Source: a virus
IMG/VR virus record: IMGVR_UViG_3300042475_004151
Length of the DNA stretch: 64,000 nucleotides
Direction: 5' to 3' (one strand)
The notes under the pieces are model-generated. The model made no database searches. It was given only the letters and a program-made list of their open reading frames with translations, and was not told the DNA's origin. Shown piece by piece: positions 1-9,345 of the stretch (the first letter of the stretch is position 1; each line of letters opens with the position of its first letter). The translations under genes were made by a program, and so were the position numbers.

Positions 1-3000
1 AATACTTGGTGTTACACTAGGTGTGTTACTAATAGATTTACTAATTGATATACTAGGTGTGTTACTAATTGATTTACTAATTGAAATACTTGGTGTTACA
101 CTAGGTGTGTTACTAATAGATTTACTTATTGATATACTTGGAGTATTTGATATTGATTTACTAATAGAAATACTTGGTGTGACACTAGGTGTGTTACTAA
201 TAGATTTACTTATTGATATACTTGGAGTATTTGATATTGATTTACTAATAGAAATACTTGGTGTGAAAGTAACACTTGGAGTATTACTAATAGATTTACT
301 AATTGATATACTTGGTGTTACAGAAGGTGTTGCACTAATTGATATACTAGGTGTAACACTAGGTGTGTTACTAATTGATGTACTAGGTGTAACACTAGGT
401 GTGTTACTAATTGATGTACTTACTGTTATACTAGGTGTATTACTAATAGATTTACTTATTGATATACTTGGTGTAATACTTGGTGTAATACTTGGTGTAA
501 CACTTGGTGTGTTACTTATTGATTTACTTATTGAAATACTAGGTGTTACACTAGGTGTTACACTTGGAGTGACAGATGGTGGTGTACAAGATGTCTTATT
601 AGCAAGTAATCCAGTTCCTCCACTAATTTCATAGAAATTAGTTCCATCAGAATAGAATCCATTTCCTGCTACATTAGTTAATGCAGTGTTTTGATATATT
701 GTCACACTATTATCTATTACACTAATATTTGGATCAGTGTAATAAGTGTTAGTGAATAATGTTGGATAGTTAGTACAAGCGGTATATCCATCTGTAACAT
801 CATAAGCTAATAAGAATGAATTATAAGCTTTTGTAGTTGAAGGAGTTACAGATGGTGTTCGAGTTGGTGTTATAGAAGGTGTATTGCTAAATGATGGACT
901 AATACTAATACTTGGTGTTATACTAGGAGTCCGTGTTATAGAAATACTAGGAGTTGGTGATAGAGGTGTACAAGATGTCTTATTAGCTAAGAATCCTGAT
1001 CCAGCTGAAGTGTTCCAGAAATCAGTTCCATTAGAATAGAATCCATCACCCGCAGGATTTGTTAATCCACTATCTTGGTAAATTGTTACTCCAGTATCTA
1101 TTACACTAATATTTGGATCAGTGTAATAAGTGTTAGTGAATAATGTTGGATAGTTAGTACAAGCTGTATATCCATTTGAAGCATCATATGCTAACAAGAA
1201 TGAATTATAAGCTTTTGTAGTTGAAGGAGTTACAGATGGTGTTCGAGTTGGTGTTATAGAAGGTGTATTGCTAAATGATGGACTAATACTAATACTTGGT
1301 GTTATACTTGGAGTGAAAGTAATACTAGGTGTATTACTAATTGATTTACTAATACTAATACTTGGTGTGACACTTGGAGTAGCACTTATGCTAATAGAAG
1401 GTGTTACACTTGGAGTATTTGATATTGATTTACTTATTGAAATACTTGGTGTGTTACTTATTGATTTACTAATTGATATACTTGGTGTAACACTAGGTGT
1501 TGCACTAATACTAATACTTGGTGTTATACTTGGAGTGAAAGTAATACTTGGTGTGTTACTAATAGATGGACTAATACTAATACTTGGTGTATTAGATATA
1601 GATTTACTAATAGAAATACTTGGTGTCACACTTGGAGTAGCACTTATGGAAATACTAGGTGTAATACTTGGAGTGTTACTGATTGAGTTACTTACAGTTA
1701 TACTAGGTGTATTTGATATTGATTTACTTATTGAAATACTTGGTGTGACACTTGGAGTAGCACTTATGCTAATAGAAGGTGTTACACTTGGAGTATTTGA
1801 TATTGATTTACTTATTGATATACTTGGAGTATTAGATATTGATTTACTAATACTAATACTTGGTGTGACACTAGGTGTGTTACTAATTGATCTAGATACT
1901 GTTATACTTGGAGTATTAGATATTGATTTACTAATACTAATACTTGGTGTGTTACTAATTGAGTTACTTATTGTTATACTAGGTGTAACACTTGGAGTAG
2001 CACTTATGCTAATAGAAGGTGTTACACTTGGAGTAGCACTAATGGAAATACTAGGTGTAACACTAGGTGTGAAAGTAACACTTGGAGTATTGCTAAATGA
2101 AGGACTTATACTAATACTTGGTGTAACACTAGGTGTAGCACTAATACTAACAGATGGAGTAACAGATGGAGTATTGCTAAATGATGGACTAATGCTAATA
2201 CTTGGTGTATTAGATATTGATTTACTAATACTAATACTTGGTGTGTTACTAATAGATGGACTAATTGAAATACTAGGTGTATTACTAATACTGATACTTG
2301 GAGTGAAAGTAATACTTGGTGTGTTACTTATTGATTTACTAATTGATATACTTGGTGTATTAGATATAGATTTACTAATAGAAATACTTGGTGTCACACT
2401 TGGAGTAGCACTAATAGAAATGCTTGGTGTTACACTTGGAGTGAAAGTAACACTTGGAGTATTGCTAAATGATGGACTAATACTGATAGATGGAGTTACA
2501 CTAGGTGTAGCACTAATACTAATAGATGGAGTAACAGATGGAGTATTTGATATTGATTTACTAATTGAAATACTTGGAGTATTACTAATAGATTTACTAA
2601 TTGATATACTTGGTGTTACAGAAGGTGTAGCACTAATTGATATACTAGGTGTTACAGATGGAGTATTACTAAATGATGGACTAATAGAAATACTAGGTGT
2701 ATTGCTTATTGAGTTACTAACAGTTATACTTGGTGTGTTACTTACAGAGTTACTTATAGTAATACTAGGTGTAGCACTAATTGAAATACTTGGTGTCACA
2801 CTTGGTGTGTTACTAATAGAAGTGCTTACAGTAATACTTGGTGTGTTACTTATTGATTTACTAATTGAAATACTTGGTGTAATACTTGGAGTAGCACTAA
2901 TACTAATACTTGGTGTTATACTTGGTGTGAAAGTAACACTTGGAGTATTTGATATTGATTTACTAATACTAATACTTGGAGTAACAGATGGAGTAGCACT

Positions 3001-3477
3001 TATAGAAATACTTGGTGTGATACTTGGAGTGTTACTTATAGATTTACTAATTGATATACTTGGAGTATTACTAATAGAATTACTTACAGTTATACTTGGA
3101 GTAATACTTGGAGTGTTGCTAATAGAAGTACTTACAGTTATGCTTGGAGTATTTGATATTGAGTTACTTATAGTGATACTAGGTGTTACACTTGGTGTAC
3201 GTGAGACACTAACAGAAGGTGTTACACTAATACTAATTGATGGAGTAACACTTGGAGAAGTTGTTGGTGTTGGTGTTGTATCATATCCCCACCATTCACT
3301 CATAGCATGAGGTGCTGTTTGATTAAGACTACCACTTTGTGCTCCTAAATAAAATAAAGATCCAGTTTGAGGAATTATACCACCAGCTAAAGAAGAGTTA
3401 GCAGTACTAGCTGCTCTCCCTAAAATAGTATTTATAGAGCTGATTGATATAGAGCCACTAGCTGCTGGTAAAGCCAT
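1..3477 (-). CDS. Giant Ser/Thr/Pro-repeat virion protein, putative tail-fibre-tip adhesin (>1159 aa, runs off the left edge; absent from the ORF track)
   Basis: ATG at 3477, 4 nt after the tail-fibre stop. Manual translation gives MALPAASGSISISSINTILGR...PHAMSEWWGY, then ~680 aa of TPSISISKSISNTPSV-type repeats, two Cys-bracketed ~87-aa domains, and more repeats. No in-frame stop seen in the stretches translated by hand, and position 1 is still in frame. Confidence 0.9.
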   Translation of the reverse strand, partial: MALPAASGSISISSINTILGRAASTANSSLAGGIIPQTGSLFYLGAQSGSLNQTAPHAMSEWWGYDTTPTPTTSPSVTPSISISVTPSVSVSRTPSVTPSITISNSISNTPSITVSTSISNTPSITPSITVSNSISNTPSISISKSISNTPSITPSISISATPSVTPSISISKSISNTPSVTFTPSITPSISISATPSITPSISISKSISNTPSITVSTSISNTPSVTPSISISATPSITISNSVSNTPSITVSNSISNTPSISISPSFSNTPSVTPSISISATPSVTPSISISKSISNTPSISISKSISNTPSVTPSISISATPSVTPSISISPSFSNTPSVTFTPSVTPSISISATPSVTPSISISKSISNTPSISISKSISNTPSITFTPSISISNTPSISISPSISNTPSISISKSISNTPSISISPSFSNTPSVTPSVSISATPSVTPSISISPSFSNTPSVTFTPSVTPSISISATPSVTPSISISATPSVTPSITISNSISNTPSISISKSISNTPSITVSRSISNTPSVTPSISISKSISNTPSISISKSISNTPSVTPSISISATPSVTPSISISKSISNTPSITVSNSISNTPSITPSISISATPSVTPSISISKSISNTPSISISPSISNTPSITFTPSITPSISISATPSVTPSISISKSISNTPSISISKSISNTPSVTPSISISATPSVTPSISISKSISNTPSITFTPSITPSISISPSFSNTPSITPTRTPSVTPSTTKAYNSFLLAYDASNGYTACTNYPTLFTNTYYTDPNISVIDTGVTIYQDSGLTNPAGDGFYSNGTDFWNTSAGSGFLANKTSCTPLSPTPSISITRTPSITPSISISPSFSNTPSITPTRTPSVTPSTTKAYNSFLLAYDVTDGYTACTNYPTLFTNTYYTDPNISVIDNSVTIYQNTALTNVAGNGFYSDGTNFYEISGGTGLLANKTSCTPPSVTPSVTPSVTPSISISKSISNTPSVTPSITPSITPSISISKSISNTPSITVSTSISNTPSVTPSTSISNTPSVTPSISISATPSVTPSISISKSISNTPSVTFTPSISISKSISNTPSISISKSISNTPSVTPSISISKSISNTPSISISKSISNTPSVTPSISISKSISNTPSISISKSISNTPSVTPSI
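586..1300 (-). repeat. Tandem 384-bp duplication encoding two copies of a Cys-bracketed globular domain plus linker
   Basis: gcttttgtagttgaaggagttacagatggtgttcgagttgg occurs at 827 and 1211. Both copies read STTKAYNSFLLAYD..GYTACTNYPTLFTNTYYTDPNISVID...GFYS.GT.F...LANKTSCTP. Confidence 0.9.
1225..3275 (-). repeat. Degenerate coding repeat tract (units SVTP, SITP, SISISATP, SISISKSISNTP, SITVSNSISNTP, SISISPSFSNTP)
   Basis: Visible directly as recurring acttggtgt / actaggtgt / gatttactaat motifs with 6-bp periodicity. Confidence 0.95.
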
Positions 3478-3481
3478 AACA

Positions 3482-5461
3482 TTAGAATCTTTTATTTATT
3501 TTTATGATGTTTTCTAATTCTTTAACTTTAGATGATAGTTCTTTTATAGCTTCAATTAATAGTGGAACTATTTTTTCATATTTGACAGCTTTATATCCAT
3601 TATCTCTTATTGTTATTATTTCAGGTAAAATTTCTTCAATTTCTTGAGCTATTACTCCTATATCATGACCTGAAAAACCATGAAATTTGATTAGATCTTC
3701 ATTTTGTTTCCAATCAAATTCATACCCACCTATTTTATTTATTTTTTCTAAGGCATTATTGATTGGAGTTATATTTTCCTTAAAATTAATATCTGATGTT
3801 GAATATGCTACTATATCGTTAGAAGCATCTATTCTGCCCACTGTTGCACTAGGGATAATATTACCTACTGCTAATGAACCACTATATACTCTAGCTCCAG
3901 TTAATGTATTAGCATTAATATCTAAAGCATATAATGGTGTTATGGTTCCTATTCCAAGTCTACTACCTGAACCATATAAGGTTGGTCCATTACTTCCTAA
4001 TTTTACAGCTCCTACTGTAATATCCTGCACACCGTATATACCCATAGTATTTACTATGTTGACATCATAAAGTGCGGCGTCATCTCCTCCTTGGAAATAC
4101 ATAGCTCCATTTATAGGAACATAAATTGGTTGGGTCACTGTTAAAGAACCAGTTATGACTGCGTTTCCTGTATAAGGGAATGGAGAAGCAGCTGTAGCTA
4201 CTGTTATGACATTTCCACCAGAATCTACTGCTAAATTTGCTGTAGCTGTTCCCACAAATGAAGAAGCGGCAGTATAAGCTGGGAGTTGCATTTGTTTAGA
4301 ATGCAAATTCCATTGAGCAATCAATGCGGTACTACTAGCATTAGTGCCGACTAATATGCGATGAGAGTTTGACCAGTTATCAATAAATGAAGCTGAAGTA
4401 TAAGTTCCTCCAGGGGCATTAAAGCCAATTTGGCCTCCTTCATTTGCTGTATCTCTAGCTCCTAATGTTATAGTATTTTCACTTGCTCCTAATGATGAAG
4501 ATCCTACTGTTAATGATCCAGTTATTATTACGTTTTGATATAGAGTATTTATAGAAGATGCTGTTGATGCAAACGATGCACTTACAGCATTGAGAACATA
4601 GGATGCTGTTATAGCGTTTGATGCCCATGATGATGTTCCAAACAATGAACCAGTAAAAGATCCACTAAACGATCCTGTATTACTTAAGAATTGATCTACT
4701 CTATTAACTGTTGCTATTACTGAAGGAATACCTGGTACTACTCCAAATCCAGGTTCTGCGTGTAAGCGTACGTTAGCATCAGGTGAATACCACATTAATT
4801 GATAATAATCATTTGCAGCTGAATTAACAAAGAAATTCCATGCTGCTACATAATGATCTCCGTTACCAGTTAATTGTATTGATGTTGCAGTATCTTGTAA
4901 ATTTGTTCCATTTTTTCTTAACCAAATCCATATTTCATCTGTACCACTATCTGTTTTATCTACTTGAGCAGAAAATTGTATATCATATACACCTGCATTT
5001 TCAGTCTTGATATAAGTGTTAAAAGGATTTGTTGATCCTGATATTGATACTCCATTTGTAATATCTGTCGTATTGAAAGACATTGAGCGAGCGGTACCTG
5101 CTACATTAGTTTGAGTTGTAGTATCGTAAAAACTACCGTAAGATCCTGTTGCAGTATTAAATCCACCTCCACCACTAGTTGATGAAACTGTAACTTGTCC
5201 TAAACCATTTGTTGGTGATAATGTTACATTTGGTCCTGCTAGTAGTTGTGTTACACCTCCATTTAATGCAAACGATGCACTTGTTGCAAATGATGCACTA
5301 GTAGCAAACGATGCTGTTGCTGTAAACGATGCGCTAGTGGCAAATGAAGCTGTACCTAGTAAAGATCCTGTGAATGAGGTTGCTGTTATATTAGTTGTAA
5401 CAGCTAATGAGTTTAATAAGGCGTTAGAGCCACTAACAATGACTTTTTTCCAATTTGGCAT
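3482..5461 (-). CDS. Tail fibre protein with C-terminal intramolecular chaperone (peptidase S74-like)
   Basis: C-terminus SDINFKENITPINNALEKINKIGGYEFDWK...GVIAQEIEEILPE...KAVKYEKIVPLLIEAIKEL; ASFA repeats; central C1q/BclA-like segment (GVYDIQFSAQ). Confidence 0.9.
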   Translation of the reverse strand: MPNWKKVIVSGSNALLNSLAVTTNITATSFTGSLLGTASFATSASFTATASFATSASFATSASFALNGGVTQLLAGPNVTLSPTNGLGQVTVSSTSGGGGFNTATGSYGSFYDTTTQTNVAGTARSMSFNTTDITNGVSISGSTNPFNTYIKTENAGVYDIQFSAQVDKTDSGTDEIWIWLRKNGTNLQDTATSIQLTGNGDHYVAAWNFFVNSAANDYYQLMWYSPDANVRLHAEPGFGVVPGIPSVIATVNRVDQFLSNTGSFSGSFTGSLFGTSSWASNAITASYVLNAVSASFASTASSINTLYQNVIITGSLTVGSSSLGASENTITLGARDTANEGGQIGFNAPGGTYTSASFIDNWSNSHRILVGTNASSTALIAQWNLHSKQMQLPAYTAASSFVGTATANLAVDSGGNVITVATAASPFPYTGNAVITGSLTVTQPIYVPINGAMYFQGGDDAALYDVNIVNTMGIYGVQDITVGAVKLGSNGPTLYGSGSRLGIGTITPLYALDINANTLTGARVYSGSLAVGNIIPSATVGRIDASNDIVAYSTSDINFKENITPINNALEKINKIGGYEFDWKQNEDLIKFHGFSGHDIGVIAQEIEEILPEIITIRDNGYKAVKYEKIVPLLIEAIKELSSKVKELENIIKINKRF

Positions 5462-5481
5462 GTTATTTTAACAATTTATAT

Positions 5482-5542
5482 CTGTGGTTAGATACATACA
5501 CTTTATGCCGTGTATATGCCTACTTCCCTTACGGGCCAACAG
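5482..5542 (-). ncRNA. Candidate structured cis-regulatory RNA in the 5' leader of the tail fibre gene
   Basis: Sense CTGTTGG-CCCGTAAGGG-AAG-TAGGCATATACAC-GGCATAAA-GTGTATGTATCTA-ACCACAG: a GNRA hairpin, a ~12-bp hairpin and a closing stem, GC-rich within an AT-rich genome. Confidence 0.5.
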
Positions 5543-5565
5543 TGGTTGTGTATATAAATATACTA

Positions 5566-5799
5566 CTAGGGTAGTTGAGTATAATAAGTTTGAAGCTTTA
5601 AAGTTAACTCATATACTTTTTGTATATGTTCTCCTTTAAAATGAGATTCTTTAATCATCATTAATAAAAGTTCAACTTCACTCTTAGTTAAGTTAGATGA
5701 AGGTAGAGAAATCTTTACAGGCTCCTCTACTTTATTTTTTGTCACCAAATTGTTTGTTGTAAAAGCCATAACTGATTTTATTTTATTTATTAGGCCCAT
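5566..5799 (-). CDS. Small hypothetical protein in the fibre cluster (possible fibre assembly chaperone; alternative start 5769)
   Basis: Short helical ORF between two fibre genes on the same strand. Confidence 0.6.
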   Translation of the reverse strand: MGLINKIKSVMAFTTNNLVTKNKVEEPVKISLPSSNLTKSEVELLLMMIKESHFKGEHIQKVYELTLKLQTYYTQLP

Positions 5800-6857
5800 A
5801 TATAAATGTCACCTGTATCTTGTTTAACCCATATATTACCACCTCCGTTTGATCCACTACCCCATGTTGGAGGTACAGCATCACTTGGAGCAGAAGCAGC
5901 TGATAATTTAGCTGTTACAGCAAATTCATCAGGTGTAGCTACTGAAGCACTAGCGTGAAGATCAAAAGCTGTTGCCCATCTACCATATGGACCTGTTGAA
6001 CCAGCAGAACCAGCTTCTAAATACCAAGCTGAACCTGATAATCCTCCTGATGATGCTATAATACCAGCATCTGTTAAACTAGTAGAGCCAGAAGCTAATA
6101 ATATAAATCTATCAGCTATTAAAAGTGATGTTTGGTTTGAGAAACTAGCTGTACCAGCAACTGTTAAGTCACCAGTCATAACTGTATTACCTGTTACTGT
6201 TAATGTTGAACCATCAAATGTTAAATTTGATTCACCATTAATTGATCCACCACCTGTAGCTGTTAATATCCTATTATCTGTATTATTTGTTACTGCTCCA
6301 CCAATAAATGAGGCAGAATCAGCTGTTGTAGCTTTTGTAGCAAATGAAGCACTTACTGCTTGTAAGACAAAAGAAGCAGTAGAGGCATTAGTTGCAAATG
6401 ATGCACTTACTGCTTGTAAAACATAAGATGCTGTATTAGCATTTACTGCTGAAGAAGCAGATGTTGCATATGAAGCACTTAACGCTTGTAAAGCATATGA
6501 AGCAGTATCAGGAACATTAGAAGCATAAGCAGCTGTGACTGCAAATGACGCAGATAATATACTATTAGATCCGTATGGACCATAAACTCCAGATCCAGTA
6601 ACATAAGAAGCTGTTGTAGCTGTAAATGATCCTGTTCCTTGATAACTAAATAAACCAGTAATTGTATTGTAACCAACAATATTTGCTTGGTTAGCGTTAG
6701 CTAAATCAGATTTTAAACTGCCTTCAAATGATCCACTAAATGAACCTGAAAGGAAAGTAGTTGCTACTGAAGATGAAATTTGTTGGTTAGCACCAACATT
6801 TAATTTATTGAGTTCAGCATTACTACCAGAAACAACGACTTTTTTCCAAGTTGCCAT
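5790..6857 (-). CDS. Tail fibre segment protein
   Basis: N-terminus MATWKKVVVSGSNAELN matches the 3482-5461 N-terminus; TASY/SASFA repeats; NRILTATG..INGESNLTFDGSTLTVTG fibre motif. Confidence 0.8.
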   Translation of the reverse strand: MATWKKVVVSGSNAELNKLNVGANQQISSSVATTFLSGSFSGSFEGSLKSDLANANQANIVGYNTITGLFSYQGTGSFTATTASYVTGSGVYGPYGSNSILSASFAVTAAYASNVPDTASYALQALSASYATSASSAVNANTASYVLQAVSASFATNASTASFVLQAVSASFATKATTADSASFIGGAVTNNTDNRILTATGGGSINGESNLTFDGSTLTVTGNTVMTGDLTVAGTASFSNQTSLLIADRFILLASGSTSLTDAGIIASSGGLSGSAWYLEAGSAGSTGPYGRWATAFDLHASASVATPDEFAVTAKLSAASAPSDAVPPTWGSGSNGGGNIWVKQDTGDIYIWA

Positions 6858-6898
6858 ATATGTATTTATTTGTTAATAAATATGAATAAATATCAAAA

Positions 6899-8104
6899 TC
6901 AATCTAAACCAATATACATGTTTGTAGAAGTAAACCATATTGAACCTGCTTGAGTAGTTCCAGCAGGATTAGATGATTGAGTAGCAAATTGTACAATACT
7001 TTGACTAACAGTAAGTACAGGTTGTTTTGTTGTGAAATTCTTTATAATAAAAAGATCACTATATATATTAGTATTGTTAGAACCAGATATTTCAACAAAA
7101 ATTTGACTTTCTGATCGAATTAAAAATACATTATCTTTTATATTAATATCAAATGATCCAGTAACTGTTAGATTATTATCAAAATTTCCTGAACCAGAAA
7201 CATCAAAATTATAAAGTGGAAGAGATTTATTAATACCTACTCTACCCATCATTGATCCAGAATATGGATCTACATATTCACTAAAATAAGATCCTGTAGC
7301 AAATATAATGGATCCTATATTGATAGAATCTTTTCTATTATTTTCTAGAGTTATATTTGTACCTAAAATAATATTATTAGCTCCTACTCCTGTTCCACCA
7401 ACATTTTTACCAACTTGGTATCCCATAAAAATGGAATGACTAGCTTGTGATGATGAATAACCAGAGTGGTATCCAAAAAAGTTTGAATTATCAGCATTAG
7501 TAGCTCTAAATCCAGAAAATTCTCCAAAAAAGTTTGAATATGAAGCATTAATAGCATCTCTACCAGCAGTTGGTCCTAAAAAGTTAGAAGCACTAGCATT
7601 AGTAGCATTTTTACCAGCTCCAGTTCCTATAAAATTTGAAAATTGAGCATTAGAAGCGAACTGTCCAGCATTTGATCCAAACATATTTGAATAAGAAGCA
7701 TCTGAAGCTGAATAACCTGCATTTTCTCCAAAAAAGTTTGAATATAAAGCTGTTTGAGCTCCATATCCAGATCTATATCCCATGAATATAGAATGTACAC
7801 TAGTTAAAGCACCATCTCCTGCTTCAAATCCAAAATATATAGAGTGATCTGGATTTAATTCTTCTGATACACGACCTGCTCTTGGATGTGTAGAAAATAA
7901 AGTATTACCTGTAGTAGAGATAGGATATGAAGATGTTACAGCGGTTTCAGCATAACTAGCTGTACCAAGTATTGCTCCTCTAAATTCTGAAGCAGAAACA
8001 TATCCTGATACTTCTAAATAGCTTCCGCTAAATAAAAGAGAACCACCGCTTCCGCTTAATAGAAGTGGTACTGCTATTTGATATCCTTGTATTAAATTAC
8101 TCAT
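6899..8104 (-). CDS. Tail fibre protein with 17-aa beta-roll (YadA-head-like) repeats
   Basis: About nine repeats of SNF[FILM]GxxAGxxAxxAxx, followed by a GRVGINKSLPLYNFDVSGSG fibre motif. Confidence 0.75.
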   Translation of the reverse strand: MSNLIQGYQIAVPLLLSGSGGSLLFSGSYLEVSGYVSASEFRGAILGTASYAETAVTSSYPISTTGNTLFSTHPRAGRVSEELNPDHSIYFGFEAGDGALTSVHSIFMGYRSGYGAQTALYSNFFGENAGYSASDASYSNMFGSNAGQFASNAQFSNFIGTGAGKNATNASASNFLGPTAGRDAINASYSNFFGEFSGFRATNADNSNFFGYHSGYSSSQASHSIFMGYQVGKNVGGTGVGANNIILGTNITLENNRKDSINIGSIIFATGSYFSEYVDPYSGSMMGRVGINKSLPLYNFDVSGSGNFDNNLTVTGSFDINIKDNVFLIRSESQIFVEISGSNNTNIYSDLFIIKNFTTKQPVLTVSQSIVQFATQSSNPAGTTQAGSIWFTSTNMYIGLD

Positions 8105-8109
8105 ACTTT

Positions 8110-9345
8110 TTAAACAAATTTACCGAATACTGACATTCCTTCAGTTGTTACTAAATTATATCCTAAACTCGCTGTGTCGATAACTATGTCAATATTACTT
8201 CCATTTTGGGTTACAGATAATACCAAATTATTTGGTATATATGTTGAGTTAATAATAACTTCAAAATTTGTTTTATTTGTTGAAGGTAATGGTGAAGGTG
8301 CCGCATATATAGTACTATTTAAAACACGTATAGTATTATTACTAGGTAATGATAAATTGGCTCCAGTTTTAGTTACAATTGTACTTAAGTAAATTAACGC
8401 CTCGTTAGGAGTTTCTACAATGTTGATTGTTTGAGCTTGAGTTGGGAAATTAACACCCTTAGATTTATTTCTACCTTTAATGGCTGTACCTATAGTGAAT
8501 ATTTCAGTATCATCTGTTTCTAGATTAAATACAATTTGAGCTTTAGAAACATATTTCTTTGGATATGATATATCTCTATTTACTGTATCTGGAATAATAT
8601 ATCCATTTAAAGTAATAGTGAAATTAGTTCTTGTAGTTCTTTCTTCATTAACCGCATATTCAGTAGATGTAGCAAATTGTTCTATATTAGCTCTAAATTG
8701 AAATCTACCTGACTCACCCCAGTATGTATTTGCAGCATATTGAAATGCTTCTGTAATTTTATTATTTTGTTCTAAGTGATTAGTAAAAATAACAACTGAA
8801 TAAGTTAAAGTAACATACTCAGGCATTACAACTAATCTGTATTCTTTAACAGGATCTCTATTTGTTAAAGCTGTAAAATTATCATATTGATTCTTTTTTG
8901 TATATCCTGTTTCAAAAACATGTAAGTTTTGAGGATTATTAGCATCAATTTTAGTACCTAAATTTCTATTAGCTACCATACTATCACGTTTAAGTACAAT
9001 AACAGGAGCTATAAATCTACCTGAATATTCTCTTAATCCTCCTTTTTCTTGTATAGTTTGCCAACGTTCTGGGAAACCATACATTATAGGTACTTGAATT
9101 CTATTTCCATCCTGCATAACAGATGGTTTAATTTTTTCTTCAATATATTTTATAATAGAAGTATCAATATCTAATATACTAATAGATATGTCTTTTACTC
9201 TATCACCTTTTGTAGATACATCATTACCTCTATTACGGGAATTAACTGATGGACGACCTGATATAGGATCAGCAGATTCAGCCCCTAATTGTTCATTTAA
9301 TACCTCATTTATATTTTTTGGTCTTGGTTTTATTGTCTTAGGCAT
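8110..9345 (-). CDS. Tail completion/terminator protein (T4 gp15-like) with C-terminal extension
   Basis: IQVPIMYGFPERW...PVIVLKRDS...PEYVTLTYSVVIFT motif pattern; follows the neck genes. Confidence 0.65.
   Translation of the reverse strand: MPKTIKPRPKNINEVLNEQLGAESADPISGRPSVNSRNRGNDVSTKGDRVKDISISILDIDTSIIKYIEEKIKPSVMQDGNRIQVPIMYGFPERWQTIQEKGGLREYSGRFIAPVIVLKRDSMVANRNLGTKIDANNPQNLHVFETGYTKKNQYDNFTALTNRDPVKEYRLVVMPEYVTLTYSVVIFTNHLEQNNKITEAFQYAANTYWGESGRFQFRANIEQFATSTEYAVNEERTTRTNFTITLNGYIIPDTVNRDISYPKKYVSKAQIVFNLETDDTEIFTIGTAIKGRNKSKGVNFPTQAQTINIVETPNEALIYLSTIVTKTGANLSLPSNNTIRVLNSTIYAAPSPLPSTNKTNFEVIINSTYIPNNLVLSVTQNGSNIDIVIDTASLGYNLVTTEGMSVFGKFV

Noticed and set aside
586-1300. Duplicated domain as a diversity-generating retroelement TR/VR pair
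   Set aside because: Both copies are in frame within one ORF, differences are not confined to adenines, and there is no reverse transcriptase in the window.
1-3275. Repeat tract as a CRISPR array or non-coding satellite
   Set aside because: No constant repeat with unique spacers; variation is codon-structured and frame-preserving.
1225-3275. TPS tracts as substrates of the general Bacteroidota O-glycosylation system
   Set aside because: That system needs D-(S/T)-(A/I/L/V/M/T) and acts on exported proteins. The tracts are nearly Asp-free and have no signal peptide. Any glycosylation would need another enzyme, and none is seen in this window.
23-3310. Long plus-strand Leu/Ile/Gly/Val/Asp ORFs (23-634 and 1268-3310; likewise 9901-10146 and 50568-51383)
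   Set aside because: These are antisense shadows of the TPS repeat: they coincide with the repeat tracts and end soon after them, while the minus frame has a proper start, globular domains and operon context.
5482-5542. Hammerhead ribozyme, known riboswitch or tRNA
   Set aside because: No CUGAnGA/GAAA core, no riboswitch consensus that I recognise, and no cloverleaf or T-loop. No tRNA was recognised anywhere in the window.
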